DNA of 60,424 nucleotides, the filler included, from Sphacelaria rigidula (Eukaryota): the NCBI GenBank assembly GCA_964200075.2. It is 9 parts of 9 records of this genome, joined end to end, with 100 filler letters (N's around TTAATTAATTAA, not from the genome) between each part and the next. Parts side by side here need not be neighbours in the genome. Positions count along the whole stretch, not along the records: positions 47,077 to 53,700 come from CAXNAA020018982.1; positions 53,801 to 60,424 come from CAXNAA020018983.1; 7 more parts are not named here. One strand, given 5' to 3'. The notes beneath the pieces are model-generated. The model saw only the letters and a program-made list of their open reading frames with translations. It had not been told where the DNA came from and ran no database searches. Positions 48,497-60,424 of the stretch are shown piece after piece. Position 1 is the first letter of the stretch, and each line of letters starts with the position of its first letter. The translations under genes and the position numbers were made by a program.

Positions 48497-51462
48497 GACG
48501 GGTATTTTTAATTCTGAGAGTGAGGCCTCCTATCTGGCAACCGGGTTCATTTCTTGACAACCGGTGCCCACCTCTAACCATCACCTATGAACAGCCCATT
48601 TTCAAAATTGTGAATGGAGCTTTTCCGTGATGATAACTAGAAGAAAAAAAAAAATCCGTAACCACACCAAATCTTCGAAATATGATTGCATCCCTTCACC
48701 TACCGGTAGCTTTTGACAACTGCTACACGCCGCACAAATTTTGATTCCGATAACCAATTTTTCGGCGTCCTTGTTGAACACAAATTCCAGGAAATCTGGG
48801 TGGCGTAGGTGATGGGATCGCCTCAATTTCCCAGCATTGTTTTATAGCAAAGGATCCCAATATTTTTGTCATCATAATCCAAATTTGCATGGGGTGTAGT
48901 AGTTGTTAATAGCTACGAGTAGGTGAAGAAATGCACCCTTATTTCGAAGAATTGGTGTGTATTGGTATTCCAAGGTACTGGTTACCCGGTCGATGCAACC
49001 CGTGCTGATTGCTGGGCTTTTGCTGCTTAGCCTTCAACAAAGCAAAGGGCCAGCCGCCAACTGTACCGGGAGCTTTTCATGATGAAAGCATGACGCGGTG
49101 GGGATTCCCGCCCCTTTCCAACCCTCAAGGGAAGAGCTTGATTTGCTTCCGTGACATTCCCGGTCCACCCTCACGAAAACGCGTGAGCAACCCCCTCGAT
49201 ATAAACCCGCGGAGACTATATCCTTCTGCAGGAGAGGCTTTAACACCGCAAAAGAAATACCAAAACATGTAAGAGATGGCAGCAGCGGTTGAAAACAAAT
49301 GTAACAATAGTTGAGCAGCACCACAGCAGCACTAACCCGGTACCTAAGCGCCTAAGGCTCAAGACAAAGCGTCAAACACGAATGGAACAACTGATCGCTG
49401 CCCTATATAAGAGTAATATAGTATCCGGCGACTGCCAAAGATGTGAACACCTGCTCAGACATGTCCAAGTCCCCGTGATATTGAACAGAAATTCCTGTAC
49501 CATTGGCCAGACGTCCCGTGGGGGCGAGACGAGACGCCGCGTGAGGTATATGTGTGAACAGTATGAGACGATGTTCCGGAAGGAACGACGGGATGGGACC
49601 GAACGCGAAAATCCACTTAGTGCACTGTTTTTCTCTTGGAAACTCCTCAACGGCACAAAGAGGAAGAGAGCATGCAACGCAGGCCGGCGCCTGGCCGCTA
49701 TATGGCTGGGCATCGTGTGCCTTGATGAACGGGAGACCTTCAGGGTTGAGAGTGTATGCAGCAGCAATTCGCGTGATTCTGGATATTCGTTTAAAGCACA
49801 TCTGCATCGCTTTATACTTTTTTCATCTGTCGTTGCCAAATACGAACGCCCTTCTCTTTCTGTCTCTTCTGGACGAAATTCGTTCACCCAAACGGAGCAT
49901 CGCGCTCTGGTGGGCTCAACCCGTCCACCATCGGCTATAGTATATCTAGGTGCTTATCTTGAGAAGCTGTTGCTGACGGCGCGAGGCATGGGCTGTTCTC
50001 TCGGCCTTGCGCACAAAAAAACAAGGCCAATCCCCCATTTCGCGTTCTCCTGCTTCGTGTGGTTTTGCACAAAAGGGGTAATTTCAAACCCACCGCCAGA
50101 AATCGTCTGCTGTCAACGAACCAAGGGGGTAAAGACAGAAAAAAAGAGGAGACACTTCCTACGATACCCCCCCCCCAAAAAAAAAGAAAAAAAAGAAAGA
50201 CAAAGTTGCTGGTTTGGGGAGGCAAAATCTACACGTGAATCGAAATGAATAGAGCCGAGCACAACGAGCAGCTAGGAATTCCCACGCTTCGGTTCGTTTC
50301 CACCGATGTCGCCCATATGAAGCGCTTCATTCAACCTGAAACCAAACGTCAGGCGCTTTATGGCCATACTCTTTGTTCAATATTTTGGCTGGTTTTGGGG
50401 GGGATGCTATCGTAGAAAATGTCAGAGGAGAACATTGAAGGGGGCTGATTCCCTGCTCATGTTCGTAATTGGTTGTGTACCATGTGCAAAATTACACATT
50501 TCTCATCACATGTTGTTCAGTTTTGTACGAGCTGATCGGAATCGCTAACTGTGAATGCCTGTTTTGCAGGAAAAGCTAAACCTCGTTCCGCAGTTACAGC
50601 TAGTGGGATTGCGGACTTCAAGGCAGGATGAGCAGGACCTTGGATGATTACCGCGGTGCACACAAGTGGGACGGCCTCATGCCGGCAGTGACGGCGACGG
50701 TTGACGAAGACAGGGTCTGGGACGAGGGGTTTCGCTCTTTCCTCGTCAAGTGAGCTATCATCCATTCCATACTGTGACGTCCCGACTCGAGGAATTTGAT
50801 TTGAATGAAAGCCCCGCACGAGTGATGAGCAGTGCAAGGTCACCCTCGTACTGTCTTCGTAACCGATGGTTCCACACCAATTCCAAACAGATGGCGACGG
50901 GGTGCGTTTTCAAAACCCAAGCCTTTGCTTGTATACCAGAGGGAAATCAAACGTTGGTGAGGTGCTCCCAGCCGAAAGGGTTGACACAAAATAGATGGTC
51001 ATTGAACGGTAGACTTCACCTCCGTGCCACACTCGGCAATTCCACCGTCCACTTTCCAACGTGGTGATAAATTACACACGGGGCGGAAGCGAGGGTTCAA
51101 AATGCTTCGCTCAGGATTCTGGATGTACGTGCTGAGGCCTGGAAGACGTGATACATAGGTGACAATCCGCTGATCCTTCGCGGGGTACGTGCATGGGAAA
51201 GCTGTAAGCTTGCGCTGCACCTGACCAGGGAAACCCGAAGAGGGATAAATCCAACGCGGTTGCCCCCCAGCCATCCAAAAAAACACCGGCCGGCGAACTT
51301 CCGCGGAAGTCTCGACACGCAATTACACTAACTAACGCACACCCATTGCTGGTACGCACACGTGCATGTACCCACCCCTTGCCGCGTCAATTCGTCGCAC
51401 CGCAAAAAACAAAACACGCAGATACGGCATGTTTAATCACGTGGTGTATGACGTTTTCGTAG

Positions 51463-53156
51463 CGGGCGGCGACAAGAAACAAGGTGACAAGGGTCTGGAC
51501 AGCAGATGTCGGTTCAGCGGAGACTTGAAGGCCTTTACCGAAAAAGGCCTGGTGTTCAGGTGACCGACGTTGTAGCGAATTCCACCTTGTACATATTGGT
51601 CCACTACCGTGAGTAGCATTCGTACTACTGTTGTGCCCGCCGGGTGTGCCTCGATAGTGCGAGCTTACGTGCGAGCGGTGTGATTCTCCCCATTCCTGGC
51701 TGGAGGACGTCTATGGGACAGGTCGCTTCACAGCAGAACTGAAGGTAGAGGCGGCTACCGCCCGCTATACTCCGTGTGTTCTCTTGTCGGTGGCGGCTAC
51801 AGCACAGTAGTACATATGATCATGCGTATACGAATGATGCGCACACAGTGCCATAGTCTGTCAACAAACTGCACGGGCACCTTCTTCCCTCAAAGCATGA
51901 AAACAAGGTGTTGCTGAACCCCTATTGACTAAAAAACATAGTTTTCATCACGCTTTCTAAAACTGCCGATGTCCATTCAGCATCAATTTATGTCTACGGG
52001 GGGAAAAAAAAGATGTCCGAAATTCGCGGGACTACTGTCAGCGGATATAACCTCGAAACACAAAGCATAGGCCTTCAAGAGCTCAATCCTTCGACCCTCA
52101 TGTCGGTTTGTTGAATAGGCACTACTTTTTCTTGGAAAAATGACTACTACACTCGAATATCCATTTGCGGGAGTTCAAAGAGTCAAGAAAACACACGAGG
52201 ATTTACCCGATGCCTCAAGCTCTACACTATCACACTCCCGTTTGTGCTCATTTGGAATATACACATGCCTGAGTGATGGATCAGTAGCGAGCATCGAAAA
52301 CACGTGCTACTTTTTCTCCTCACGGGACCCATCATCTCGGAGCTCAAAATGCTGGAGAAACGCATGCAAGGTTCACTTTTTCCGAAAGTGTTCATTCCAT
52401 GAGATATTCGCTTCCAAAAGTTACGCTGACAAATAAAAAGGTGAGACCGAAACTCTCCAACACCGTAGACAAAATGGGGAAATGAGATCCGCATATATCC
52501 ATTCGTGGTCTCTGTACTCCAGTTTTGATTCACTGTAGCCCCCCGAGTTGAGTTCATTAACTCATGTGGGTCAATTAATTAAGTACTGGAGTACAGCGTG
52601 CCAGCTCTGAATCGTTGATCATAGCTAACCCCCCGTATATCCGTCAGAACCGCCTCATCGCTTGAGTCTGTCAGCACTGCTTTCCTGATTTCGCACATGA
52701 ACCCAAAGTAGGATACTACGCTCACTACCCCGATAGACGTATATATAGTCCTGAATTTATCGGGAACCAGTCGCGCGCCGGCCTACGGATCTATTTTATG
52801 TCGTGATCGGATGAACTTTAAACGAGCTGTTTGGGTTGAACGAAGCCCCAGCCCATGGAACGATAACGGGCAACAAAAGTGGAGATTGAGAAATGTCACC
52901 CAGGTGCCGGTCAGATGTTTTTTCTTGTTATTTGCAGAGGCAGCTACCTAATTTTTTGATGTTCGTCGTGAGGTCCGTTGCTCGCTCTACACCACAGCAC
53001 ATCGCTTACACGCGCGCTCATTAGGTTGTTCACCGCTTCTATTATTATTGTTTTGTGATTCACTTTTGCTCGTTGGGTCTGATGTGAGGTGACAGATACG
53101 TGGACCATAAGGGCGAAGAGAAGACCGAGTACGACTTCAGCGAGGAGTACCATATC
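51463..53156 (+). CDS. Two phase-compatible internal exons of an unidentified gene
   Basis: 51463-51559 (tag|...ttcag|gtgacc) and 53096-53156 (cag|...atc|gtgagt) splice to GGDKKQGDKGLDSRCRFSGDLKAFTEKGLVFR|YVDHKGEEKTEYDFSEEYHI. Confidence 0.45.
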
Positions 53157-53700
53157 GTGAGTTCCCCCCCCCCCCCCCGCGCGGAAGATTTTCGTTTCGG
53201 ACTTTACTGGACAAGGAACATTGTATCTCAAGGAATGTACACGTACAAACGTGACACACGGGTCAGGTATATGGATATGGAAACATATAATAGTTGGTTT
53301 GTCGAGATCGTAAATGGCAAGGGTAGAGTTGGGGTAACAATTCTGATCATGCGGTCGGTCAGATTGCGCGGCAAAACCGTGTCGTTGGTGCTCTTGTTAC
53401 TGCTGGTGGTGTGGTTGCCGCTGCTGCTGGTGGGGGTGATGGCGGTGATGGTGGTGTTGCCGTGGTCCAACCTAAAGTACTCGGGTACTCCTCCCCGCAA
53501 TTGTAAACAAAATGTAGCAGTTTTTTGTCACGTTGTTCTTACCGTTCCTGACCTATTTCAAAGTATTGGTAGTATCGTCTTCCTCTATTCTTGATTAGTT
53601 GCCATTCCCCCCCCCCCCCCCCCCCCCCCCCCTGCCTCGCTCGTCGTGGTCATACACCCCTGTCCACCCATCCCCGCCTTCCTCCCCCCCGCAGCCTCCG

Positions 53701-53800
53701 NNNNNNNNNNNNNNNNNNNNNNNNNNNNNNNNNNNNNNNNNNNNTTAATTAATTAANNNNNNNNNNNNNNNNNNNNNNNNNNNNNNNNNNNNNNNNNNNN
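53701..53800. other. Artificial scaffold-joining spacer 8
   Basis: Same N44-TTAATTAATTAA-N44 structure. Confidence 0.98.
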
Positions 53801-53837
53801 CTCGAGTCTTCGGAAACGGACACCCACGTGTATGTCC

Positions 53838-53868
53838 TCTTCTTCTTCTTCTTCTTCTTCTTCTTCTT

Positions 53869-53897
<29 letters not shown>
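53838..53897 (+). repeat. (CTT)n microsatellite
   Basis: About 20 CTT units. Confidence 0.95.
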
Positions 53898-53899
<2 letters not shown>

Positions 53900-53980
53900 A
53901 TATTACCATTTCTTCACTACCTATGCATTCTTCACTGCCTCCGCACGTTATCACATGCCACCCTCCGACGATTGATGGAG

Positions 53981-56222
53981 ATGTCTGCTTTCAACAACCA
54001 CTACGATAAACGCGGTAGCGGCACCAGCGCCGCTTCTGCAAATCATCTACAGGGCAGCGACACCCGCCGCCCATCCGCGGGACGAGCAGGTGATCCAGGA
54101 GTTGCTGCGCCCGGTCACCCCTACGACCTACGCAGCGGCATGCCCCCCGACAACCAGGGGAGCGGAAGTGGCGGTGGCGCTGCCGGAGATCCCGATCCCC
54201 GGACACCCCCCCCAGCACCGTGCACCAGAGAAGCCATGAGGATCTCGACCCTCGCTCCCTGTTGATGCACCACAGGCAGGACAACCGGGACACCAGGCCC
54301 TTGACTACCCGCTCTCGGAGCCGCCATCGCTCTCGTTCCCGATCACTGGCAGAGCGCCTCTCCCGCCCTCGCCACCGCCGCCACCGCCACCTCTCCCGCT
54401 CCCGCTCCCGCTCTCGCTCCCGCTCTCGCCGCCGCTACCATCGAAACTCCCGCTCGCCCTCCCGCAGCAGGCGTCACCACGACGTCATTAGGCAGGGATT
54501 CCGGGACCGTCGCCATCACCGGGAGGAGCACAGGCTGTACCAGCAGCAAGCGTATGCCGGGTGGTCGAGGCGCTGGAGTTGTGAGGCACCAGGAGCAGCA
54601 GCTGGAGCTACGGTACAAGGTCTAGAATCTAATCAGATAGCAAAGGTGAGCGAACGGGTACGTAAGCGGATTACGCGCGGTCGACCATGCCCAGTGTACG
54701 CAGGACCAAGCGCGGGAGAACTATCGGTTGCCAACAGCGCTGTCGTGCTGCAACACCGGATATGGTCGACGCTGCGTGCAATGGACCATGGAGTCTTGGA
54801 AATGCCGGAGGATGAACACGTCAACGGGAAGTGGGTGACACAGACAGATAAGTACTCCACCCGCCGTCGCGAACTTCTAATTGAGCTGCTGGCAGAAACT
54901 AGTGGTATGTTCACATCTTTAACCTCAGCGGATCAAGTAGACATTCATCGCATCACGGGCGAAACTGATACCGTCCCACACGAGTCCGTCACTGCGACCG
55001 ACTGGCTACAGATTCTCGTCCGTGAGGAAGTGATGGCGAACGGTGCCACCAAGTTCATACATGCTGCTCTCGACTCTATCACCTTAGCACCCAACGAGTC
55101 GTGGAGTGCGGGAGTGGAACGAGTATTGCTAGCATTCCGCGCGAGTTTAGCAAACCCGGACCGGCCATACAGTACCAAAGCCACGTATTTCTGGCGATTC
55201 ATCTCCACCCTGCAGCTAAGCGAGCTCTACGATCGTACTATCTGGGTCGTTCTACCTAACCCGGTTGATAGGCTAGGTCTAATGCCAATCCTGCATGAAA
55301 AGGCACGCGAAATCTGGGTCAGGTTGCAGCCCCTTAGAAGCGAGTGGCACAATCCAATGGGGTCAGCAATGCAAAGGAGGGGAGAAGTAGCCAAGAGTCT
55401 GTACCAGGATTTCATACGTATCGTGTGCGCCCGCAACGTGGAATACAGCGACCACAGCCACGTACGCCCCCAAACGCGTGCTATCAAACGCAGCGCAGGA
55501 CCTGACAGATTGTTTACACTTGAGGAAGTAAGAAACTTGCTACAGTCGCCCTCGAAGGCCGCCGCAATGCTCTAGCAAGCTTACCCGGGTTCACCCCCTT
55601 CCCCCGAAGTGCCGCCCACCCTGTCAGCCCCTGCTGCAGCCGCTAGACCCAAGGCGTTAGCCAGTCGCCACTCGGCAGCACCTTCCGTCGCGGCGTTCAA
55701 CGATTACCTGGCGGCCTCACCGGGCTCACACGGCGTGCCCTTCATGCAGCAAGGTTCGACGCCCATCAACCCCGACCCTCGCGACGCGACTCCGGGTCAT
55801 GCCACCGCACCCCGCGCGGTAGACTTGCAGCACAAACCCCCGGAACCGCCGTATGGGAGAGCTTCGCCGTCACCGACACCCGCCGCATCCGCCCAGCAGT
55901 TGGACCGGCCTCAACTCCCGAGCTATACATACCCCCAGTTGCGGCGGGACACAACGTAGTGGTCACCTTATTGCGTGATCGAAAACTTTGCTTCGGTTAC
56001 GCGTTCACCGGCTCGTGCCGTCATCGGGGCGACACCCCTTGTCCGTGGACGCACGGCATCATCCCGGCCGCACACTGCAGCGGCTTACCGGCCTGCTGCA
56101 AGACGGCCATTCCCCAACCCCGGCTAGCCGCGTTCACGGAGGCACAATACCTGGCAGCAATCGACCTGGGTCTCATCGACGAAGACCACGACGAAGACGT
56201 CGAGGATATGCTGAGCGCATGA
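53981..56222 (+). pseudogene. gag: Gag-like ORF1 with RS/H-rich N-terminus, helical core, Pro/Ala linker and CCCH zinc finger
   Basis: Frameshift near the C-run at ~54206-54213; 451-codon ORF 54220-55575; in-frame continuation after TAG 55573; shift at 55959; CFGYAFTGSCRHRGDTPCPWTH at 55989-56054; lies directly upstream of pol. Confidence 0.65.
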
Positions 56223-56408
56223 GCGAGCGAGGCCGCCGCTGGCGACACTCGAGCCGACGCGTAAAGACGCGCCCCAGGTGCAATCGACCTGGGGAATCTA
56301 CGCCGGTCCAGCGCCACCAAGATATCCCAGCGTCGCGGAAGCCAACTTTGGGTGACGGGCGAGATCTAGCACCGACGGCGTCTCCGTCGGCCGTGGCCGA
56401 AAGAAGTC

Positions 56409-59170
56409 TTGTTGGACACGGAAGCGGGAGGTGACAACTATATGTCAGGAGCATTGTGGCGCAGCTTGCGCAAGGCCAACATCTTGGATAATACGCTAAA
56501 CCCTGAGGCGGCAGGTGTTCTCTGTGCAGCTAACCCATCCCAGAGTATGGTCCCCCCAATGCGCATAGTCGGTTCCGTAACCGTGCCCTTGCTTTTAACC
56601 TCCGACTCACGGGTCTGTAATATTAACGCACGAGTAGTGGAGAGCCTGCCGTACGGCTTCATTTCAGGTGCATATTATTTCCGGTACAATAAAAATATTC
56701 TAGATTTCACTTCAGGAAAAGGCTTCCGCTCCTCGCTAGCGGCGCCGTGGATCCCCTTCCTGACAATCGAAACCCTACCCGCCACATTCAAGATATATCA
56801 GTAGCTCTGGACACCACGACGGAGACCGCTGCCCCGCTAGCTGCGCCCGCTTATCCGTTCATCCACGACTACCCCAGCTATCGTGACATTGCTTGGGAAG
56901 ACGACAGCACCCTGGAATGGAAGTTGCGCTTGGTCGGACAAACGATCATGGTCGGTAGCTTCGTCAGCGCCGCGGGAGAAACAGCCGCAATCGGGCCTCA
57001 ATCACAGGATAGGCAGCTTGTGCTTGTCCTCCCCTTGGCAAAGTTTGATCTGGACAAGGGGGTAGAAGTGGGGATCGCGAAGGGAGTATCGTGGTGGCAG
57101 CCGGGGTCCCCGGTGTACTGTAAACTTGTAAATAGAAGTAAGGAGCAGGTAGCGGTGAAGCCTACTGGCACTGTTGCGCGTATGATAGCACTGAACGTAC
57201 GCGACCCCGCCAGGTTTCACTCACTGTTTGACTCACATCCATCTATGCCCCCCCGTGGACCCCCCACCCCGCGCCCCGCGTCCAGACAGTAGTTGCCCAC
57301 CCCAACAAAAGCCCAGGATCAGCGCGGCAGACGCAAACATGGGTCAGCTAGGAGGGGTGGAAAAGAGGGAGCTGGTGGACACGCTGCGGAGCTTTATCGA
57401 AGCTGGACTGTTCCCCACGGACCCCAAGCGGGTGCCAGCCTGCATCAGCGGTGAGCTCGAACTCCCTCTCACTAACGAGTCATGCACGCCATTCGCAGCA
57501 AAGCAACTCCAATTTTCCCCGGAGGAACGTCACATGATTCGGGAAGAGATAGACAAGCTTCTCGATAGACGAATCATCCGACCCTCGACCTCCCCGTGGG
57601 CTGCCCAATGCCTATGCGGGAGCAAAAAAGACGGCACCTTGCGCTTGTGCATTGACTGGCGGGAGCTAAACAATCTCTTAGTGTCGGACAGCGGGGGTCT
57701 AGGGGGTATGCAATCCATTTTCGATGGCCTCAAAGGTAAGTGTTACTTCACCCAACTCGACCTTGCATCCGGTTTCCACCAAATCGAGATTGGTGAAAAA
57801 GACCGCTTCAAAACGGCGTTCCGCAATGCAGACGGCCTCTTATACGAGTTTTCACGGGCAGGCTTTGGTCCCACAGTTCTACCTGTGCTTTCACCCGTCG
57901 GGTAAAAGGTAAGGTGGGACAGCTGGATGGGGTGTTCACCTGGCTTGACGATATTTTTATCGCGGCCCCATCATGGGACGAGCATCTAGCTCTACTCGTG
58001 ATTCTGTTACAACGCTTGCTAGTCGCGGGGTTCTCTGTGAACTTCGCCAAGTGCATTTTTGCATCTGCGTCGCAGGAGGTTTTGGGCATGCTGGTAGGTA
58101 GCAGTGGCCTTCAACCCGCACCATCCAAGCTCGCTGACATTGCCGAGATGCCTGGACCATCCACCGTCGAGGAACTTCGCACTTTCCTCGGCCTTACAGG
58201 GTACCTGCGCCAGTTTGTCGAAACATACAGCTTAGTAGCCGCCCCACTTACCGATCTGCTCCGCAACAAAGATTTCGCATCCAAGCGGGCGCGAAAGATG
58301 TCGATACCATGGAATACGGAGCAAGAAGAGACGTTCCAAGCCCTCACAGCAGCCTTGTCCTCTCCGAAGGTACTAGCCTTCCCCGATCCCAACAACTCGT
58401 TCGTACTGATGCGCGACCGCTTTCATTGGCCCACTATGACTCGTGACACCAGCTGTAGACGGTGCAAGAAGGCAAGCAGCCGTGAAATGGCGACGAGACC
58501 GGGGCGCACTCTATACCCATGGGCCGAGTTGGAAATCGGCTTGCTGACCATTGATGTGATGTCGTACTCACGCAACAAGTACACTCTGCTGGTACTTGAC
58601 CACGCCTCCCGACTCCCGTTCGGGTTTCCTCTGCCATCGAAGGAAGCGGATGAGATCACACGCATCTTAGCAGAGTTATGCCTAACTTTTGGTGCTCCAC
58701 GAATGGTCCGTTGCGACAGGGGCAAAGAGTTCAGGGCCGATGTCGTCACGCATCTGTGCAGGTGGTTGGAGGCGAACATCGCGTTCGGGCCGTCAGATCA
58801 TCCAACGGTCAAGGGGCAGTCGAGAGACTTGGGGGGTGGCTGTTAGATATGCTGTTGGAACTATGTAGGCTGTGGCCCCAGAGGTGGGATGATTATGTCT
58901 CACCCGCTCTCTAGATCAAGTGCATGTGTCCTCTTTCGAGCTGCTGTTCGGCCGCAAACCGCGCACATCGCTAGACGCACTCGTGCCCCTCTCACAAGAA
59001 ACAGAACCGAGCAAAGGGCTAGATGCCATCGTCGAACAGCGCAAACAGAACCTCCGCGAGGTAAGGGTGGCGCTGGACAAAAGGTAAGGGGCAAAAGCAG
59101 CGTCGCGAGAGAAGGGCAATGCAACCATCTCGAGACCATCAGCAGGCGTGTCGGTCACGGAAGGAGATCT
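56409..59170 (+). pseudogene. pol: Gypsy pol: aspartic protease, reverse transcriptase, integrase
   Basis: LLDTEAG (protease, 56415); RT motifs SPWAA, KKDGTLRLCIDWRELN, LDLASGFHQI, KTAF, WLDD (57941-57952), FLGLTGYLRQF; integrase FHWPTM, LVLDHASR, RCDRGKEF, GQGAVER, PFELLFGR; frameshifts near 56780, 57280, 57885 and 58805. Confidence 0.92.
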
Positions 59171-59593
59171 GCATGAGAGGTCCTCGCCCCCTACCGTATG
59201 ATGCACTCTTGGGTGGACTAGAGCCCACACCTGCTGACTTCGCCGATTTCCGCACTTTCGGCCCTCGCGCGATTATCTTTGCGCCCTGACCCCCGGCTGT
59301 GCACCTCATTTCCGACAATATTGGCTCTCGGTCTGCCGCCCGCGCCAAGTCTTCACGTGCTCCGGCGCCACGGACCACGCCTGCTGCTCCCATGAGCAGC
59401 ACCGCGCCGGCTTCCAGCCCCGCGCGCCCCACGCCTCATCAACATCCGCCACGCGCACTGCGTGCAACGTGCGTCGATCACACTCCTCGGCGCGCACTAT
59501 TTTAACAGCGCTTTTCGCGGCGCCATCAGTGCCCGCACCTCCTGCTAATGGAGTGACCGGCTCAGCCCCTGATCTCGATGTGTATATTGCACA

Positions 59594-59925
59594 TCCTGGA
59601 CAATACAACATGCTGTCGATATATATTACTCGATCATATTGGAATTTGACGATATATTGCCGGCGTAAAATATATTGGTACCCTTGGACTGCACACGCAT
59701 TGCGCGCCCAATATATATTGACGTCGTGGGACTGCATATAAATTGCCCGCCCAATATATATATATATATATTGGTTCCGTGAGATTGCACACATATTGTC
59801 GCATCAATATAAATTGGGGCAGTGTAGGCGACGATATATTGCATGACCAATATGTATTAGGGTCGCATTGGTGAGAACATTCTGACCGGTTTAAGATATG
59901 TATTGGGGCCGCGTGGGTGCCCATG
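59594..59925. mobile_element. Terminal part of the AATATATT-array TIR element family
   Basis: Begins ca|tcctggacaatacaacatg; reverse-complement match to 39130-39463. Confidence 0.65.
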
Positions 59926-60181
59926 CACTGTGTCATAGTGATGTAGCAGCTAAGGCATTGGCTGGGGTCTCTCAGTATGAGTGCAAGCTCCCACGTGGGC
60001 AACATCACACAGAACTGAGCTATCATCAAGCACACAATATACACAATAGGTTCATTTATGTAAGTGCTGAGTGGGCACTCACGTGTTTGATAGCATCATA
60101 TTATATCCACAAGCAGCTCTCTTACCCAGGAGCAATGCTGTTCACTCCCGTAGAAGGAGACCTTACATTACTTCGTTGGGC

Positions 60182-60356
60182 GAGCAATGCTACGGTAGGG
60201 GTGCACTTTTTGCGCGAAATCCTGTCTGGTTCAGGGGCTCCGAATGATTCTAGATGCACAGGAATATGGGTCAGGGCACCCCCGTTTGCAAATACATTCG
60301 GGATATCCCCAGTACATTGAAATAGCTATCCTAGCGTACTCTCACATATATTCATA
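60182..60356 (-). mobile_element. Sola-like MITE, copy 3 (inverted, truncated)
   Basis: Starts gagcaatgctacggtaggggtgcac, identical to the reverse complement of the right TIR of copy 1; similarity is lost after ~60356. Confidence 0.8.
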
Positions 60357-60424
60357 AAACAAGGTTGCCAGAAAAATGAGAACGTATTTTGAAATGACAA
60401 TCCACCGCTCCCCGGGATTGTGTC

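Larger units (their letters stand above)
53981..59170 (+). mobile_element. Degenerate Ty3/Gypsy LTR retrotransposon internal region (gag-PR-RT-[RNase H deleted]-IN)
   Basis: Domain order PR-RT-IN; multiple frameshifts and stops; LTRs not recognised within the scaffold. Confidence 0.92.

Noticed and set aside
49289..50248. 319-aa ORF
   Set aside because: No ATG start, no recognisable motif, runs through homopolymer tracts; composition looks non-coding
6627..53800. Regularly spaced TTAATTAATTAA motifs as a biological periodic element
   Set aside because: Embedded in fixed N44 pads; a six-frame-stop assembly linker
55573..55581. Programmed stop-codon readthrough in gag (TAG CAA GCT)
   Set aside because: Does not match the CARYYA readthrough context, and the element has many other lesions, so a CAG-to-TAG mutation is simpler

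Overview
Eukaryotic, intron-rich, repeat-rich DNA, most likely from a brown alga (Phaeophyceae). This is inferred from an EsV-1-7 repeat protein, a WSC-domain gene and short GT-AG exons. The window is not contiguous. It is nine unplaced scaffolds of 6626, 6626, 6625, 6625, 6625, 6625, 6624, 6624 and 6624 bp, sorted by length and joined by artificial 100-bp spacers (N44-TTAATTAATTAA-N44), so gene neighbourhood across spacers means nothing. Well-supported content: (i) the last two exons of a class-3 lipase; (ii) five exons, largely missed by the ORF track, that splice into the C-terminus of a glucose/sorbosone-dehydrogenase (HHIP-like) propeller plus a complete WSC domain; (iii) an intronless ORF with 14 near-identical EsV-1-7 C3H repeats that vary at a few fixed positions, have decayed repeats upstream and end in a tail with NLS- and SUMO-like motifs; (iv) a degenerate Ty3/Gypsy element with an RS-rich Gag carrying a CCCH finger, a WLDD reverse transcriptase and RNase H deleted; (v) a second gag remnant. 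The rest is small non-autonomous transposons (Sola-like, piggyBac-like, CMC-like, Helitron ends), tRNA-derived sequences, a possible KDZ transposase relic and orphan exons. The most intriguing candidate system is the shuffled EsV-1-7 zinc-finger array. Most short ORFs in the supplied track are spurious. All family assignments are from motif recognition by eye; no searches were run.
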